Source of the DNA: Raillietiella orientalis
Lineage: Eukaryota
NCBI GenBank assembly: GCA_036172245.1
Contig: JAYWIR010000016.1
Location: forward strand, 558,001 to 622,000
Reading direction: 5' to 3'
DNA length: 64,000 nt
Part shown: piece after piece, positions 37,481 through 51,200 of the stretch
Numbering within the stretch: the stretch's first letter is position 1
Layout: each line of letters opens with the position of its first letter
Program-made: the position numbers and the translations under genes
Notes under the pieces: model-generated
Database searches by the model: none
Seen by the model: only the letters and a program-made list of their open reading frames with translations
What the model was told of the DNA's origin: nothing

Positions 37481-39149
37481 GTCCACCAACAACGACGGAG
37501 GTGAACACCTCGAAGCAGTGACTCGATAACAGCATGCACGGAACACGCCTGAAGAAAGGGAAAGGTGCGGGGTGTATCTTCGTTAGTCGATGGCACGAGG
37601 AAGCACCATCGATGAACCACGCAGCCCGAATTAGGATCCATTTATGGACGAAAAAAATGAGGAATTTATTGAAGAGATGAAAAGATGAAATCCGACGTCC
37701 TCGCACGGTTCTGTCGCATCGCAGTTTAGTGTTGTATGGTCATATCGTATGCTACTATGCTGCCATATCTCAGGAGGTCCGGCTGTTTGTCTGTATGATC
37801 TTACTGTTACCTCCCCCTCCGGTAACACCTGTGATTGTAATACTTTAGCTGTAATACCTGTGAAATTGCTTCAATCCGGGAATGCTCCAGCGAACCAAAG
37901 CACATCCTTGCAGCTGAGCGATCGCATTTGAGCGGCGCGAGTTCGGATGTCTTCGTAGAATAAGCATTCGGGTGGATCTTCGGAAATGGGGGGGGGGGAG
38001 GGATAGGGACTTCAGCTTGGTAGCAAGGGAAAAGCAGATTTCAACACAGGGATCCTAGGCTTCCTCTCTTAATCAATCTGTTGGGGGAGATAAACAGCTG
38101 ACAGGTAGTCAGTCTTTTAAGCGATTATTCTATATCACACCGTCCTGTGCATCCCGTGAAAACGTTTTTCCCTAAAATCTTCCTGGAGCTAGGAAAGTCC
38201 GAGAGAACCTTCCATAAATTTTCTCATTCTTATGCCGCGGGAAACACACACACACTTCCTTATTGCCTCGTGTCCAACCGCTCATTTTCCATTGATCAAA
38301 CTGAGCCCTTCAGAACTCACAATTAATCGTACCTCCCATAGAGTAATCGGGACGATGGGGAGGAAGTGAAATGGGTGAGTGTAAAACACACGTGGAACTA
38401 TTCCTCAAGTGCAGACTTCTGACCTGTGAATTCCTGTTCATCTTCGGAGTGTCAGAATACGAGACTTCCCCTTCCGACTCGTGTGTTCGGCTGGGTGCTT
38501 TGAGGACCTCCCTGCAGGGTGCATCTTTCTGAAGACTTCAGTCTCTTACATTACAGAGGCAAATGATCGCCCGCGGCACTCAGGCACAAGTCCGAAAGCG
38601 CTTTCTGTTTGCTTTTCAGCAAATTGAATAAAGAATTCCGTAGGCGGCGATTGAGTAGATTTCCTCACCGATAATGACCAACACTAAAAACATTAAGGTG
38701 TACCTTGCATGTTGAACATGTTGAGCTGCAAAAGCAGTACGAACTTGCCTTCTGTCTTAGATCGGAATCTCAGCATCGGTCTGCAAAGCAAGTAGGTATC
38801 TCATTAGATACCAGAGATGTGTTTGTGGTTGTTGTTGTCGTTGTTCTCTACTCCACTACGTAAGCAAGGGTCAAGATTCCTGCTTGAAACTGGATGCAAA
38901 ATATCGTCCTTTCATACTTTGGGAGGAGCCCCTCAACAGCAGGCATCTTTTGTACTCGTTCCAATACAGGATAACGAAAGCGAAGCAAGCCAGCAATGTC
39001 AAGGTAACCATGCAAGGCGACTTTTGCTGCTTTTTTTTTATTTTATTTTTTTATCATCCATTTAAATCCTCATCTGGCACAGAATCCGTCCAATAAACAC
39101 ATCCCGTTCCTCTCCACTTGTTGCATATTCAGGCATCTCAGATACGTTC

Positions 39150-39720
39150 TTGCAAATACATCAAGGAATGCGTATGTATCCTGCATGAGGCCCATCCTCC
39201 TAAATTGATCATCCCATAGGGAATATCGTTACTAACCACTTTGCGAACTTGGGTCGTTCAAGGGGTTCTCGCATTTCGGAAGCACCCCTAAACTCTCATC
39301 CTATAGGGATGTGTTTAAGACTCCTCTCCCGTTCTCCGACAAGGAAAAGGGAACAATAAAGTCGATAATTGGCTGTCTCCTTATGTATCCCAGCCTCTCC
39401 CGAATAGGAGAGTTGATTCCTGACTCACTGATTATCGTTCGCATTCTCTGGATTCATCCACGAAACATGTCTTACCAATGAGGCCATGTCGTGCAAGAAC
39501 ATAAGGCAATCAAGATTCCTACTTCATCACACTCGATGCGTCATGTGAAATCACGCAGCCTTGTTTATGCATCCATACATTCTTCCCTCTTGGCTTTAGA
39601 AGTCTTGGCTTTAGGAAACTCTCCTTGGGGACCTAAATCAGCTTCACTTATTGGGAAAGTGGAAAATCTTTCACATAGAAAGCATCTCCTCATTAGATAG
39701 TTTCTGGAACATATTTTAAA
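39150..39720 (+). mobile_element. Decayed RLE element, 3' part
   Basis: CELG..FSH, PDSLIIV and VLALGNSPWGPKS (~V.ALG.W.P.N). Confidence 0.35.
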
Positions 39721-40204
39721 AAAAGGAAAAAAAGTGGATAAAGGGACCATAGGTACGAGTTTATGGGGTCGAAGAGCATTTTTGCTACGCATGAGCTGCT
39801 CGAACTCAGAGGACAAAAAATATCAATTAATGTGTCTTAGGAGCCGTTGCGTTCCTCTTGGATCCCAAACAAAAGTGCCCATCGGAAGAAAACACAGCCC
39901 ACACATGCGATAGGGATGTGTGGGTTCTGCTTTCTCTGGGAGAAGGAGCTTCGACGCTGCTTGCATGTGCTACTGGTGTGATGTTTGTTGAAGGAGTCTT
40001 TTTCGACTTTGGCCGCTACCGCACACGGGGGATTTCCGAGCAGAAGAGACCTACAAGATCCAAAATCACAGACCTACAAGCGTGTTGTTCCGAAGGGAGT
40101 GTTTACTTGAATTCGTTGGCTGTGTCTTGTGTTCAGGAAAGGATTTGATTGAGGAGGCATGATCACTCCAGTAGGGAGTGTTTAGTGAAGAATCAAAGGA
40201 ATGA

Positions 40205-40975
40205 AATTCAAGGTGCTCCGAAGCACCGCGCAGGATGATGGAATTCCTTTCTTTTCTGTCTTCGCAGTTCTTCGACACCGTTCCAGGCCACCTGATGGTG
40301 GGTAATTCTTCAAGATAGGGGGTATCCCGGGAGGGGTCCGTCCTATAAATCCAGTTCGGAGTTCGTTCCTCTCGCGCATGGGGGAATGGAGATCACCTCT
40401 AGCCTGGTTGTCTCCGAAGGGGCATCCCGAAGGGAATCCTCCTTCCTTATTCTTTCCGGAAAACCCCCTGGGGGGTCCGCCCCGTCCTTTCTTCTCTGAA
40501 GGGAACCGAAAAGGATCCGCCCCTGGAATTTCTCCTCCGGAGGGATTCCATGCAAGGGATCCGCTACTGTTTTCACTCTTTTGAAGAGAACCCAGAAGGG
40601 ATGTTTCCGAAATTCAGAAGGACGCAGCTTCCTCGAAGGGATCGGCTCGCTTCTCTGCACTCTCTGGAGAGGTGGTGGCGACACACCTACTCCATCAGTA
40701 CCACGCGGAGGGTCCGCTCCTTCACAACCAGAGGGGGAACTCCCCACTCCTCGATTCCTGGAAGGACCCGGAGGTCGACTCCCATTTGTCCCGGCCCTCA
40801 TCGGAGGCATCCGGTTTGAACCGCTACCAGTGCCGCCCCTAATGAATGGAGGCCGGCCAGCGTCATGTTGTGGGGTGAACTCGGAACCCACGACGCACTG
40901 CGTCGATTCCTTTCGGAGCATTCGAACCCACGACGCATGGTGCCACGGGCGGAGACCACCGTGAGCACACGGCCT
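40205..40975 (-). mobile_element. tRNA-headed SINE-like repeat, most complete copy
   Basis: Minus strand B box gggttcgaat is followed by the empty target aaaggaatcgacgca. The body aligns with the other copies; a ggtgct/agcacc hairpin lies at 40212-40227. Confidence 0.8.
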
Positions 40976-40979
40976 CCTA

Positions 40980-41133
40980 CCCGGGTGCGCCCTATGAATC
41001 CAGGAAGGACTCGGAGTCCGTTCCTCTCGCGCATGGGGAGGAATTCCCGGAAATGGAGATCACCTCCACCCTGGTTGTCTCCGAAGGGGAATCCAGAAGG
41101 GAATCCTCCTGCCTTATTCTCTCCGGAGTACCT
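40980..41133 (-). repeat. Additional internal fragment of the same SINE-like family
   Basis: Aligns with about 40330-40465 and with the reverse complement of about 53020-53165. Confidence 0.8.
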
Positions 41134-43249
41134 GGAATGGAAGAGACTCGTTCGGTGGCAGCAAAGCAACTGTGGCAGGTGCTCCCATCGACAATCTGAT
41201 TCGACCGACACTGTCTCATAGAGATGAGGGTCGAGAAACGCAAAATTTCGGTGCGAAAATCGATGAAAATACGGTTTGCTGCTGCACCAACTACGTCAAA
41301 AAATCATATTGAAAGAAAATCACAGTACGGTGAACCTGTACAAAGCACCACCTTTAGGGACAGACAGCAATCCCTGACCAACAAGTTTAACAACACCTTA
41401 AAGGAAAGGTTTCCACCAATTGCACATCGCTGGAAGAAAGCTGCTTAACTCTATTAGAGGTTAAGCATCGAACTCGAAGCTCAGTAAGAGCAAAGCCAAA
41501 GGAGTAGGCTCAACCGAGTTGGACGGAAATCCCCATTTCCAATCGATACACTTGAGAGCGAACAGATGAGAGGAGAGATGACGGAGATCAATTACGGATT
41601 CACGGCTCCATCAGCACCAGCAATTGCCATCACGTTTCCTTTTCACCAGATCTATGATCTACAGAGCGGACAGCCATTTTTCCGTTTTTGGTCAAAGATT
41701 GTGTGTTCTTCTGTTCCATTGAACTGAAGAATGGTAATCCTGTAATCCTGTTTCATCGTGCCCCCACACTAACATGAAAAATAGAAGAGCAGCACCTTTA
41801 TGGAATGTGAATCCAATCATTGCATTCGTGGAGGTCCCAGATTTCGAAATAGTTGCACGCGGTATCTGGAAGAAAAAAACACGGCGCAGCTCCGGCAGAG
41901 TCTCGAAGGCATCAGCTGATTCATGAAAAAGCGAGAGCTTCACATTTCGAAACGAATTCTTCCCCCTTTTCCTGGAACTTCCATGATGCCTTCGGTCAGG
42001 AATCAGCAGTTCTTATGTAAATGCAGAGTTTCATGACTTATTGGAGTCGAAGACTTCAGACATGCTGATGGGAAGAATTCTTTTTTCGTAGTCACTGCCA
42101 TCCTTAAGGGGTTTCCGTAAACGTGATCGTTGTGCAGAGTTGTTGATGTATAGTTACTTTAGCTACGTACACACTCTCGCATATACAAATACGCAACACT
42201 CACCGAAATAAAGCTCTCATGTGTGGAAAAGTTTTCCATAGGCCAAATAGAAGAAGAAAAGAAAAGGATCTGTTTAAGGTCATGTCGGGTACATAGAACG
42301 CTGAAGCAGTGTATAGTTTGCAATGGCAATTATTGCCGAAAGTACCTTCGAGTGGGCAGCAACTCCTCAGCGCCAGGAGGAAGGTCATTCGTCCCAACTT
42401 TCCGATCTCACGAAATGGAGACGAAAATTCATCCCCACCGTTTGGTGGTTTTTCCAAGACGCCGAGGTATTTTCCGGAAAAGGGAAGAGCTGCCGTGAAA
42501 AAATCACGCAGCGCCCTCAAAGATCCACGCAAACTCTCCTTCGCCCACTTCTCAAGAGGACGCTTTCATCCATTCGTTCATTACTATTTGAAAATTCGCT
42601 ACGAACGGTTTCGCGCATTGCATCATCAGTTCTGGAAGCTGCGAACTGCAGCCGCGGCGAAAGGGATTAAACTGCGTGAGATGCGCTCGTAAATTTTGGC
42701 TCTAAAAGATGCTTGCAAGATAGCAACAACCGTAATCACGGTAAGGCTTTTTCTACCTCTAAAGGTTCCATCAGAATCACGAAAACGCTCTGCGGAAATC
42801 CGAAAACAGCATTTTAATTCGGAACCAAAAAAAAAAAATCTCAAAGCTGCAGCTTTCGCAGCGTCCCGTGAGAATTTGGCAGGATGTTCTGCGTCTCACA
42901 AGAAAGCTCAAAGCCGAACGCTGAACTTTTTTTTGAGCCGAATTCGACACGACCCCTCACAGAGATGCTAATTGAGAACAACCGTTGTTGCTACTGATTC
43001 TCATCCACATTGCTCGTACGAGCGCGTGGAAGAGGGAAAAAAAAGCTCATACATATTCATTTCGCAGATGTGAGGGAAATTTCTGCCTCCACAGCATCCC
43101 CATCAATGAACCACTCGAGATCTACGCGATCGATTTAGATGTGTTGACTCTGAAAAGTAGCGAAGCTGTTCAAACAGATCTTAACTTCGGTAGGGGGGGA
43201 GGGGGTTGAATCCAAGCATCCTCGGATGTAATGCTCCTAATTATCTTCA

Positions 43250-46200
43250 CACGGGGTCTGTCTTGAGGAGGAATCATTTGCGCCCCTTTAATCGGGATGC
43301 CAAAACGCAGGAAAGCACGATTTGCTGGAGCATCATCAATATTCCCATAGTTCTTGCCGGTTGACAGGAAGCTGGCCGCCCATTAGCTTTGGCCATGTCG
43401 AAGGTTCCCCCGTTTTCACCTTCTCCAAGAGCTTCCTGGTGAGGTCCGTTGCGAGTCTCTGATGACGGTGTCTCATGCGGTCCATTCCCAGTTGAAGAAC
43501 TCGAAATAGGCCACTGGGGCATGAAGGGAATAGATCTTCTCTGGGAGAGAAGCATGACACAGAAATACACAAAACCGTTAGAGCGGAGAGGCACTTCACT
43601 CTCGAGTTGCAGCTGGTATCAGGGAGCACACGTACCAGGGGAACAGTTCATCTGAACGATCCACTTTGAGACCCCGGATCCCAGTCCATCGTGTTGCGAT
43701 CCGGGAATGTTTGCAAGGAACGTTTCGGCAATGCCGTCGTGGGTCCTCGCCATGGAAGATCACCAGCGTGAGTTCAGAACGAGAACTGTGAAGCAATGAA
43801 AAATGGGATGCTTTCCCTTCTCCCGAGATGACTGCACGAGTCCTTTGGCACGGAAGAAAAAGTTGATGCTCCCCCGATTTCGCTCCGTCAGCAAGGAAGT
43901 TTATTCGGCTCGCCGTCGGCTGAGAGTCTAAAGTGTACTTCGGTTGTACACGGCGAGTAGAAGTTCGGCGGGGAGGGATTTTACGAGCAGAGTCCGAGCA
44001 ATTTTTTTTTTTTTTTTACAGAAGTTGAACTTTGGTCCACGCCTGGTACGCTACATTACTCTGCGGGTCGATGCCGAGCTCGGCGATCTGTTGTTTGGGG
44101 CCTGCATCCGCCCGGAGGACATCCTCCCTCACGTTTCATCTAGAGACGGTTTAGCTTACATTATAGAAGCTGCAACCATTCTATCCGACTGTTCCCTTTC
44201 AATCCAGGGTAATTTGCGGCACGTGAGTGAATGACAAATATCCGAAAATAGATCACGCTGGGAATAATTGGGATTCTACGTGGTCCTCATCCTGAATTAT
44301 TGATGAGGCTAAGATGTTAGGAAAACGCGGGCAAATCCTTCGCACCTGAGTGGAAACTTTGACGGACGCCACTGACCGGCGTGTTCGGCTCAGATGATGG
44401 AGAACATCCAGAAGCAAAGAGCTTTGAGTGGTGTCCAATTAGCTCTCGAACCGGAAGCTTCTCGAAAACAGCTGCAAATGCCACGGAGTGAATCCCTGAG
44501 CATTTTTCGAATGATGGCAATCAGGGATGCTAAATGCCTATAATGACTGTTTCAGAAGAACCGTGTGCTCGAGGCTTCAGCTCTCTGAGGGAGGACTGAC
44601 CACGCTCCAGCCCTGCATCCGATTTCACCTGAGATAATGATTATTATTTTGGGTGCCCTAAGCGTGACTTTCCTTCTCGCTTGCCTTTCGATCTTTGTTG
44701 CCTTCTGGTTATGCCGGAGGCGGTATCTCAGAGGCTCGTTTGAGATCCACCGCAGTTGCCATCTGCAAAAAGCACGAAGGCGTACGTAAGAAGGGGTTCA
44801 CTTAGGTGTAGTGTGCCCGATCGGCAGAATGGAAATAGGGAAGCACCTGTTTGGGGAATCCCATGTTGTGTGTGCCCAAGTGACCCGGTGCACTCAGGAA
44901 TCGCATGAGTGGCTTCAGACGTTCCATCAGGGACTTTAGACGAACTTTTTCCGATTACCTTGCTGCATTTTATTGCATCAAATTTGCACGGTTGTCTCGA
45001 AGATCTAGATGATGAACACATCCGTGTTGATCAAACTTCATCCTTTTACATCCATTCATGATCATTTTTCACTCTGCATTGTTTCTATTTCAAAGGTTGG
45101 TCATCGGGGTCTCCCTGTAGGGCCACCCGGAGACAAGCGATTTCATTCGGGTGTTTTGCTGGGAGAGAAACGACGGTTGCCAACCGGCAGATTGCTGGGT
45201 GACCTCGTAGCAGGAGCGACGAAACTGGCGAGAGAGTGGGACTCGGGCACGCTGTCTGACGCGGAGACACCCAGAGAGCGCCCCGAAGCGCTGCTCCGTC
45301 GGGAAGAACATCTGGACATTCCGCCGCAGCGGCGGCATCGCTGGACGTGGATGAGAAGCGTCCCTGCCGACTGAGAGCCAGCGGCGGAGAAATGGGATCT
45401 CTCGCGCGCCTGCTGATGGAACGCGGTGACCCTCGTGGAAGCGCGTGGACACGCCTCGCAGCTGCTTCACCTCGACCCGAGGACATCCCGGAAGGACTTC
45501 TGCCGAACTGCTGTTCGCAGGACGGGCCTTCTTCGCCTGCTACGCCGAACCTGCGTCGCGTCCGGAGGATCGTGACCTCCCGGAGAACACTGAGGAGGGG
45601 GGAGTCAGCAGGGAAGGAGGACGGCACGCTTCAACTCCGCAGTGACGGCGAATGTCCTTTCAAGGACGCCACCTGCGTCGCACTCAGGTTTCGGCAGACG
45701 CGTTGAGCGTGACCGATGACCCCTGTCCCTTCCTCCCCTTTTATTTATTTATTTATTTATTGTCTCCTCTCCTACACCTTTCCTGTCCTTCTGTGTGGTC
45801 GGTCGGCGCGAGTCGGCGTTTTGTTTTTCCTCGCTTTTTCTCCTCCCCTTGGATTTTTTATAGACTGTTGGATTTACCGATCCACACTGCCTGTTTATTT
45901 TTCCTTTTTTTGGAGGAAGGAAAACAAACGCCCCGACGTAATCGGGTGAAAATGATGAATATGTCCGTGCTGGAGAATCTTCATCCTTTACATCCAATCT
46001 ATGATCATTTTTCAAGTTGCATTCTTTCTGTTTCAGCGTGGGGTTGACGAGGAGCCGTTCTTCCACACCAGAATGAAAGCGGGTTATCCCGTTGAATCAA
46101 CTCAGCTCCATCCTTGAACTGTCGGAAAGCGGGGTGATTTCAGATCGGTCATCGGGCTTTCCCACAGTAGGGCCATCTCCGAGTCAGGCGATTTTACTCG

Positions 46201-46250
46201 GATTTTCTGCTTCCTCAGACAGACTCGCAGAGCCTCCCCGCAGGAAAAAA
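43250..46250 (-). mobile_element. Decayed RLE element interrupted by a LINE at 45093-45951
   Basis: VQGWS, TDIFII/TDVFII (RT motif 5 region), KFDAIKCS (~FN..KC), HGIPQTG (~LG.P.G), LFRVLQLGMDRMRHRH (H..C+RH) and NIDDAP. Confidence 0.45.
45093..45951 (+). mobile_element. L1/Tx1-like LINE 3' remnant flanked by 84-bp imperfect direct repeats
   Basis: The body is near-identical to 17955-18783 (reverse complement) except for a ~110-bp deletion. It ends aaacgccccgacgtaatcgggtgaaaa; the flanking repeats are 45009-45092 and 45952-46035. Confidence 0.75.
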
Positions 46251-47149
46251 GATGAGAGAGAGAGAGAACAGCGGCTGCAAACCACACGAGCGGATGATTC
46301 CTTTTCACGGCCCCGCACCAGCTGTAATCTGCTTCGTTCAAAGGACGGGGGTGGTTACACGGGCGGTGGTTACACCAGCTTCTGTGAGCAACGATGTGAG
46401 GACGAGGCCCCGTCGGCTCCCGCACGGAGGACTCGATCTTCCTCAAGTGCTGCACCAGCAGGGTGTACTCAGTGGAAACAAAAACCAAAGCAAAATCAGG
46501 TCAAATGGCGGGCTGCTTCGAGGCACGGTTCGGTGAAGAAGCACAAATTGACGCACAGTGCGAGGGTGCGCATTCACAGTACCACAAACACGTGCCGTGT
46601 TTTTTTTTTTTTTTTTTTGTCACGCGTCCGGAAACCTCCCAAATGCAGTACTCCCGGCACGCGATAGTTCGTTTGTGGAACTGCCGTTTCCATGGCAGGA
46701 TCAATGGGAACGATCGGAGGGCTCTTGTGGCGCCGTCGTTCCGGATGTACGAAGGGCCCACGTTGCCCTACGGAACTCTGGCTGTCCCGAGAATTCGTCG
46801 AGAAAAGATGCCTCCGTGCGAGTGCGCTTGAGATGAGATCGGAGAGGTACCAGCGCGAAATTGGCTCGAGAAGGCGCGGATCGGCAGTTTGCGCAGCCTC
46901 GGAGAGAGCAGCCGCGTGTCTTCCGATGATCCGAGATCACGGTTTGGTGGAACCCAAGGATCAGCCCCCTCCGCACGTGGGCCAACTCCTTTGTGAGGCT
47001 CGGATGCGACGGGGGACACAAACGGGGTCATGAAACGCTCTCTCCGCCTGCGTTGCAGCTGATCCTTCCGTTCGGAATGGATCGCGTTCTTTCTGGCATC
47101 TCGTTATCACAGCGTGCCATTACAATCTGGATGTTAATCCGATTTGGCA

Positions 47150-49550
47150 CTTAATAGAGTCTTTAGCGGGAGTTGAGCCCTACTAAAAAGGACTCGGCTC
47201 ATGAAATTCGACAGCTACAGCGATCCCTACAACTCCGATAAATATGCGCGCGATGTGGCAAGCACTTGGCAGGTGCCCAAGTCGAGCCATATTGTTCCCC
47301 AGGCAGAAGACGTTTCATGCTGAGGGAACCAGCCTCATTGCTTGTAGCTTCTATTTCGTGCCCGTGTCTTAGCAACCCTTCTGGGTTTGCAGCTCCTGAT
47401 TTATTGCATCAAGCTTTTTCATTAGGTTCCGGATTTTCACTCAGAAATACGTGCGGCAACTTGCAAGTTATCAACATGGCAATCTCAACATGCTGGGATG
47501 TGGATGCTGATCAGACGTTCATGGAGACTTCGAAAACCACACGCAGAAGAATGTGCAAACAGCAAAGAAATCATGAAGGATGCACACGAGGTTGCACCGC
47601 AGGAAGCCAGGAGCGATAACAGCCTAAGGACATTTCTCATTTCGCTTTCTCTTCCTCATTCGCATTCAGCTTCCCCTTCCTTCCCAAGGACTCGAGAACT
47701 TGGCTCCTTCCTCGTTTCCTGCTTCCAGAAACTCACCCGAAACCCATCAGCAAAATCCCGTCTCCAATACGATCTTCCTTTCCGCCAGCACGTCTGCTGG
47801 GAGCGTCTCCCTGACGCCGCGGCCTGGCTCGCGGCGGACGGCGGGAGACTGCGGGGGAGATCGCAGACGCACGATCGAGCATCCCGCTGCAGCCACATCC
47901 CAGCCGCTCACCTCCGTGGTGCGCATGCCACGCGGAGTCCCGGAGTTCCGTCTTCCCCGCAGCGCGCAGGCAGGTTGCTTCTCTCCCGACGGGAGGGAGG
48001 GTTGAACCGGGCGGAACACCCGCTCTTTCGACGTCTTCAGCCTCCGGGATGCGGCATCCAGCTGCAGCCCGTCTTGAACACGCGGTACTCGTCGCCGAGC
48101 AACAGAACTCTTTCCGCCTGAGTGCTCACGCCGTCGCCTCGCCTCTGCCGGCAGTCTCATCTTCCTGGCCCGCCTCGAAACCTCCCACGGAAACACCTCA
48201 GCGCACCGTCGAACTCGCGCGTTCGTGCCTTTTTCTCGCCCGCGTACGGAGGAGGGCAGCTTTCGTCTTCCTGGAGGTCGTTTTCGAGGAGCTTCCACGC
48301 CCCTCAGTTCTTCTCAGTCTCTGGGACACGCCCGGACTTCGGATTCGGAAGCGATTCCGACCCGCGCGCACGGAAGAGCCCCACGGTGGAAGCGGCGGCG
48401 TCGACGACTCCCTCGACCTGGAGTCCGTCCGCAGCGCCGGGCGAGCGTCGTCGTCTCTCACGCGGACGCGCACCAATGAAAGATGCCGCGCCTCCGAATC
48501 GGCGTCGGTGGACGACCTATCGACCCGTCTGCAAAGATCCGCATCTTGGGAGCGGACGCTCCTCGTTACGGCCCCGGCCGTCCTTTCGCCGCAAGAGGGG
48601 ACGGCCCGACGAGCGAGGCATTCACGTTGCTCGTCCTCTCTTGGTCTCGTACGACCACACGCGGCCGCTCCGGGCCCCCTTCTTCCTCCCCTTCCCCCCT
48701 CACCCTCCTTCCTCGTTCGAAACGCTGCGGAGAAACGTCCTCTTGCCCTGGAGGGGGCGAACACTGGATGCGGTGGATCTTCGCTCGAGGGGCGGTCGGT
48801 CCAACATCCCATAGCGAGACGGGGAGAGTCGTCTGCTCGCGTCCTCGGTGCCACCTGCAAGCACCCCGGATGTGCACGACCGGGGAAGCACCTCGGTGGC
48901 AGCGGAGCGTGGCGCGCCCGCTTCGGGGCGAGCACTGGAAACCCGAGGCGAGCACACGGCGCGGTGCCGAGGGAGCCAAAGCCAGACCCTTCCGAGCGAA
49001 AGCGGGCCACTTCGGAAGAGAAACGGTCCGAAGGCTGGGCCACCGACTGGTGCAGGAGACATCCTGAGGACCACAATCCCGGTGTGGAGGAGGGCTGGGC
49101 GGTGCGGGGTGACTCCAAGGTGGAAACGGCAGGCGGTCCCCGCTGCCGCGGACCGCATGCTCCACAAACATGCGCTGCAGTCAGCGAGAGAGAGAATTAA
49201 GAGTCGCCGTGCAAGACAGGTCGAATTGGGGGGGGGGGGGGGGGGAATTCGCTTCCAGGTGGACGCCGCAAGCGCTGGGTTCCTCCTGTTTCCCATGTGC
49301 TGCTGGCTACTGGTCGCCAGCGAACCGGTTCTGCTGGCGGCTCCAAGACAGCTTTGGTGGGGCTGTTTTCTCATGTACCTCATGCGTTCAGAAGGAGGAT
49401 GGGGTGAAAGCGTGGGATCCAAGCGAGAACGCTGATCTCACGGTGTTCATTCCGTTCGTGTGATGCAGGGTGGTGTTTAAGGGGATGTTGGGAAGGAAAG
49501 AGTCTCGAAGGCACGATTGGTCAGCTCGAGGTGTGAGGATGTAGGAGGCA
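47150..49550 (+). mobile_element. Decayed Utopia/NeSL-like element, RT to C-terminus (GC-rich)
   Basis: SPGRRRFMLRE (~SP.QKGFM..E), HIPAAHLRG, PQRAGRLLLSRREGGLN, SFRL, SLWDTPG, RGRTL (~QGK) and GVKAWDPSEN (~LGAWDP.NE). Confidence 0.65.
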
Positions 49551-49949
49551 GCGATGGAGGGCGCGAGAGACGCGGTTCTTCTCTGTCGGCGAAAGGCAAG
49601 CACTGCCCTTCCCCATACAAGTAACTGGAATTCGCTCACAGGACCTCGACGGCCCAACATTAAGGTCCTACCATCGACCTTGACCTTGATGTCCACACTC
49701 AGCGTGCAGCTGAGCTTCCCAGCTCTTGCTGTTCGACAGAGAACAAACGGTGATGTTCATCCACGAAAGGCAAGACATCCGTGATTTTTCCACATAACAA
49801 AGCTGGGAAGGGTTGACGGAGTGCCGATTTTCCGCTGCCAAAATCTTTTATCCTCCCAGCTGGGTCTTGCTGTACCGCTCCCCAGGTTGCCTCAGGTTCC
49901 AAGAATAGGCCATCCATGACAAACAGCAAGAGGGCAGACTTATTTCATC

Positions 49950-51200
49950 TCTGGGCGAGCAGCATCGGAACATCGCTGCGAGGGTGTCGTGACTTCCTTT
50001 GCGGGCCTCCTCGTGGACCAGAGAAGAAGGAACGGCGAATAAATGAAGATAGGCTCGCTCCGACGCTGGAAGCACTTTCTCATCCTGATTCTGAGGAGCG
50101 ACGGAAAGCTCGGCAGATTTCCCATCCAATAAAGGGAAGAGAATAGCAACCGGAATCAGCGAAGAGGAAGATGCCTGGCGACTAGGTCCTCTGGCGGCTC
50201 CGGCAACGGACGCGGAAGGCAAGAGACGCGAATATGAAATTCCGGTTTGAAGCAGCAGAGAACAAGAGTCGCGTCTTTCTGGAGCCCAGCTCCGAGAACC
50301 GTCCCGGGAAAGTAGTTGAGGATGACGGTGACGATGGAACTGCTTAGCTTTCTGCCTGAGGGGAATCTCTTTGCTTGGGGATGGTAGTTTCCTGGATAGC
50401 TGTGCGGCCAAGAGGTGATGCCATGGGAGGAAAGGCTCCGGGAGGAGCTCGTGCGGATCAAATTCCAGCGCTGCTAGGCATCCCGCTGTCTCAGTTTGTC
50501 GATGAGGTTTCCCGAGCCTGCGGTGGCGCGGTGGCAGCAGGGAGTGCGCGATTGCATGGTGCCTCCACCCAGACTCTCCTGAGGGACTTCGAGTCCCAAG
50601 ATGCCTCGGCTGGCAATTGAGGTTTTCTCCCTCGCTTATCTTTGGCTCCTTCCCCTTTCTTTAGCCGCGTGGGATCCCGTTCTCTCACTGAAGTGCCGGA
50701 ATCCACTGGCAGAATGCGTCCTTTTCCATCCTGTGATCCACTGCCACCGCAACCGTTGCCACGAGGAAGAGAAATTCTAATAAATCCCCATGAACTCCGA
50801 TGGCCTGATCAGAGGGAAGCAGCCTACACCCAGGGTTGTTTCTCTGCAAGCTGAGGGACGCGTCGCCACCGTCGATGACGGTCTTGGAGAAAGAGAGGAA
50901 TTGGAAAAAAAGCAAATACCATTGACGGAGTTGTCAGCTCTTCATCTTGTCCCTCATCCTTCATCTTGTCCCGAGGGGGAAAGGAGCGTCAGAATCGGTA
51001 TGGGCACTTGCCCTGGAACCTCTAGGATCCTGGGGCCCACGGAACGACGCAGCACTGAGAGGCCAGGGTACTGGCAAGACGTCAGGAAGAAGACGATGCA
51101 TCCCAACATTCAGGGTTTTTTCGACCACCGCTGAGGGCATCGGAAGAATCATCCGGAGCTGTGACGGGAGTATCTCAGAAGGGAACCACCCTCGTTGACC
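49950..51200 (+). mobile_element. Decayed Utopia/NeSL-like element, 3' part
   Basis: DRLAPTLEAL, KCR..HPVIHC, GRVATVDD..EREELEKK, ALALEPLGSWGPRNDAALRGQG and VTGVSQ. Confidence 0.65.

Noticed and set aside
40578..40625. Hammerhead-like TGAAGA...GAAA in the SINE antisense strand
   Set aside because: The core is not conserved across copies, and stems I/III and the cleavage triplet cannot be formed convincingly.
42380..42640. Additional mariner remnant
   Set aside because: Only a vague TVWW-like word is present; the catalytic motifs are not recognisable.
45952..46035. C/D snoRNA (ATGATGA start)
   Set aside because: There is no D box (CTGA) or terminal stem.
48049..49200. 383-aa ORF and overlapping long ORFs as a real gene
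   Set aside because: GC-rich sequence is open in several frames, and the recognisable retroelement motifs are scattered across frames.
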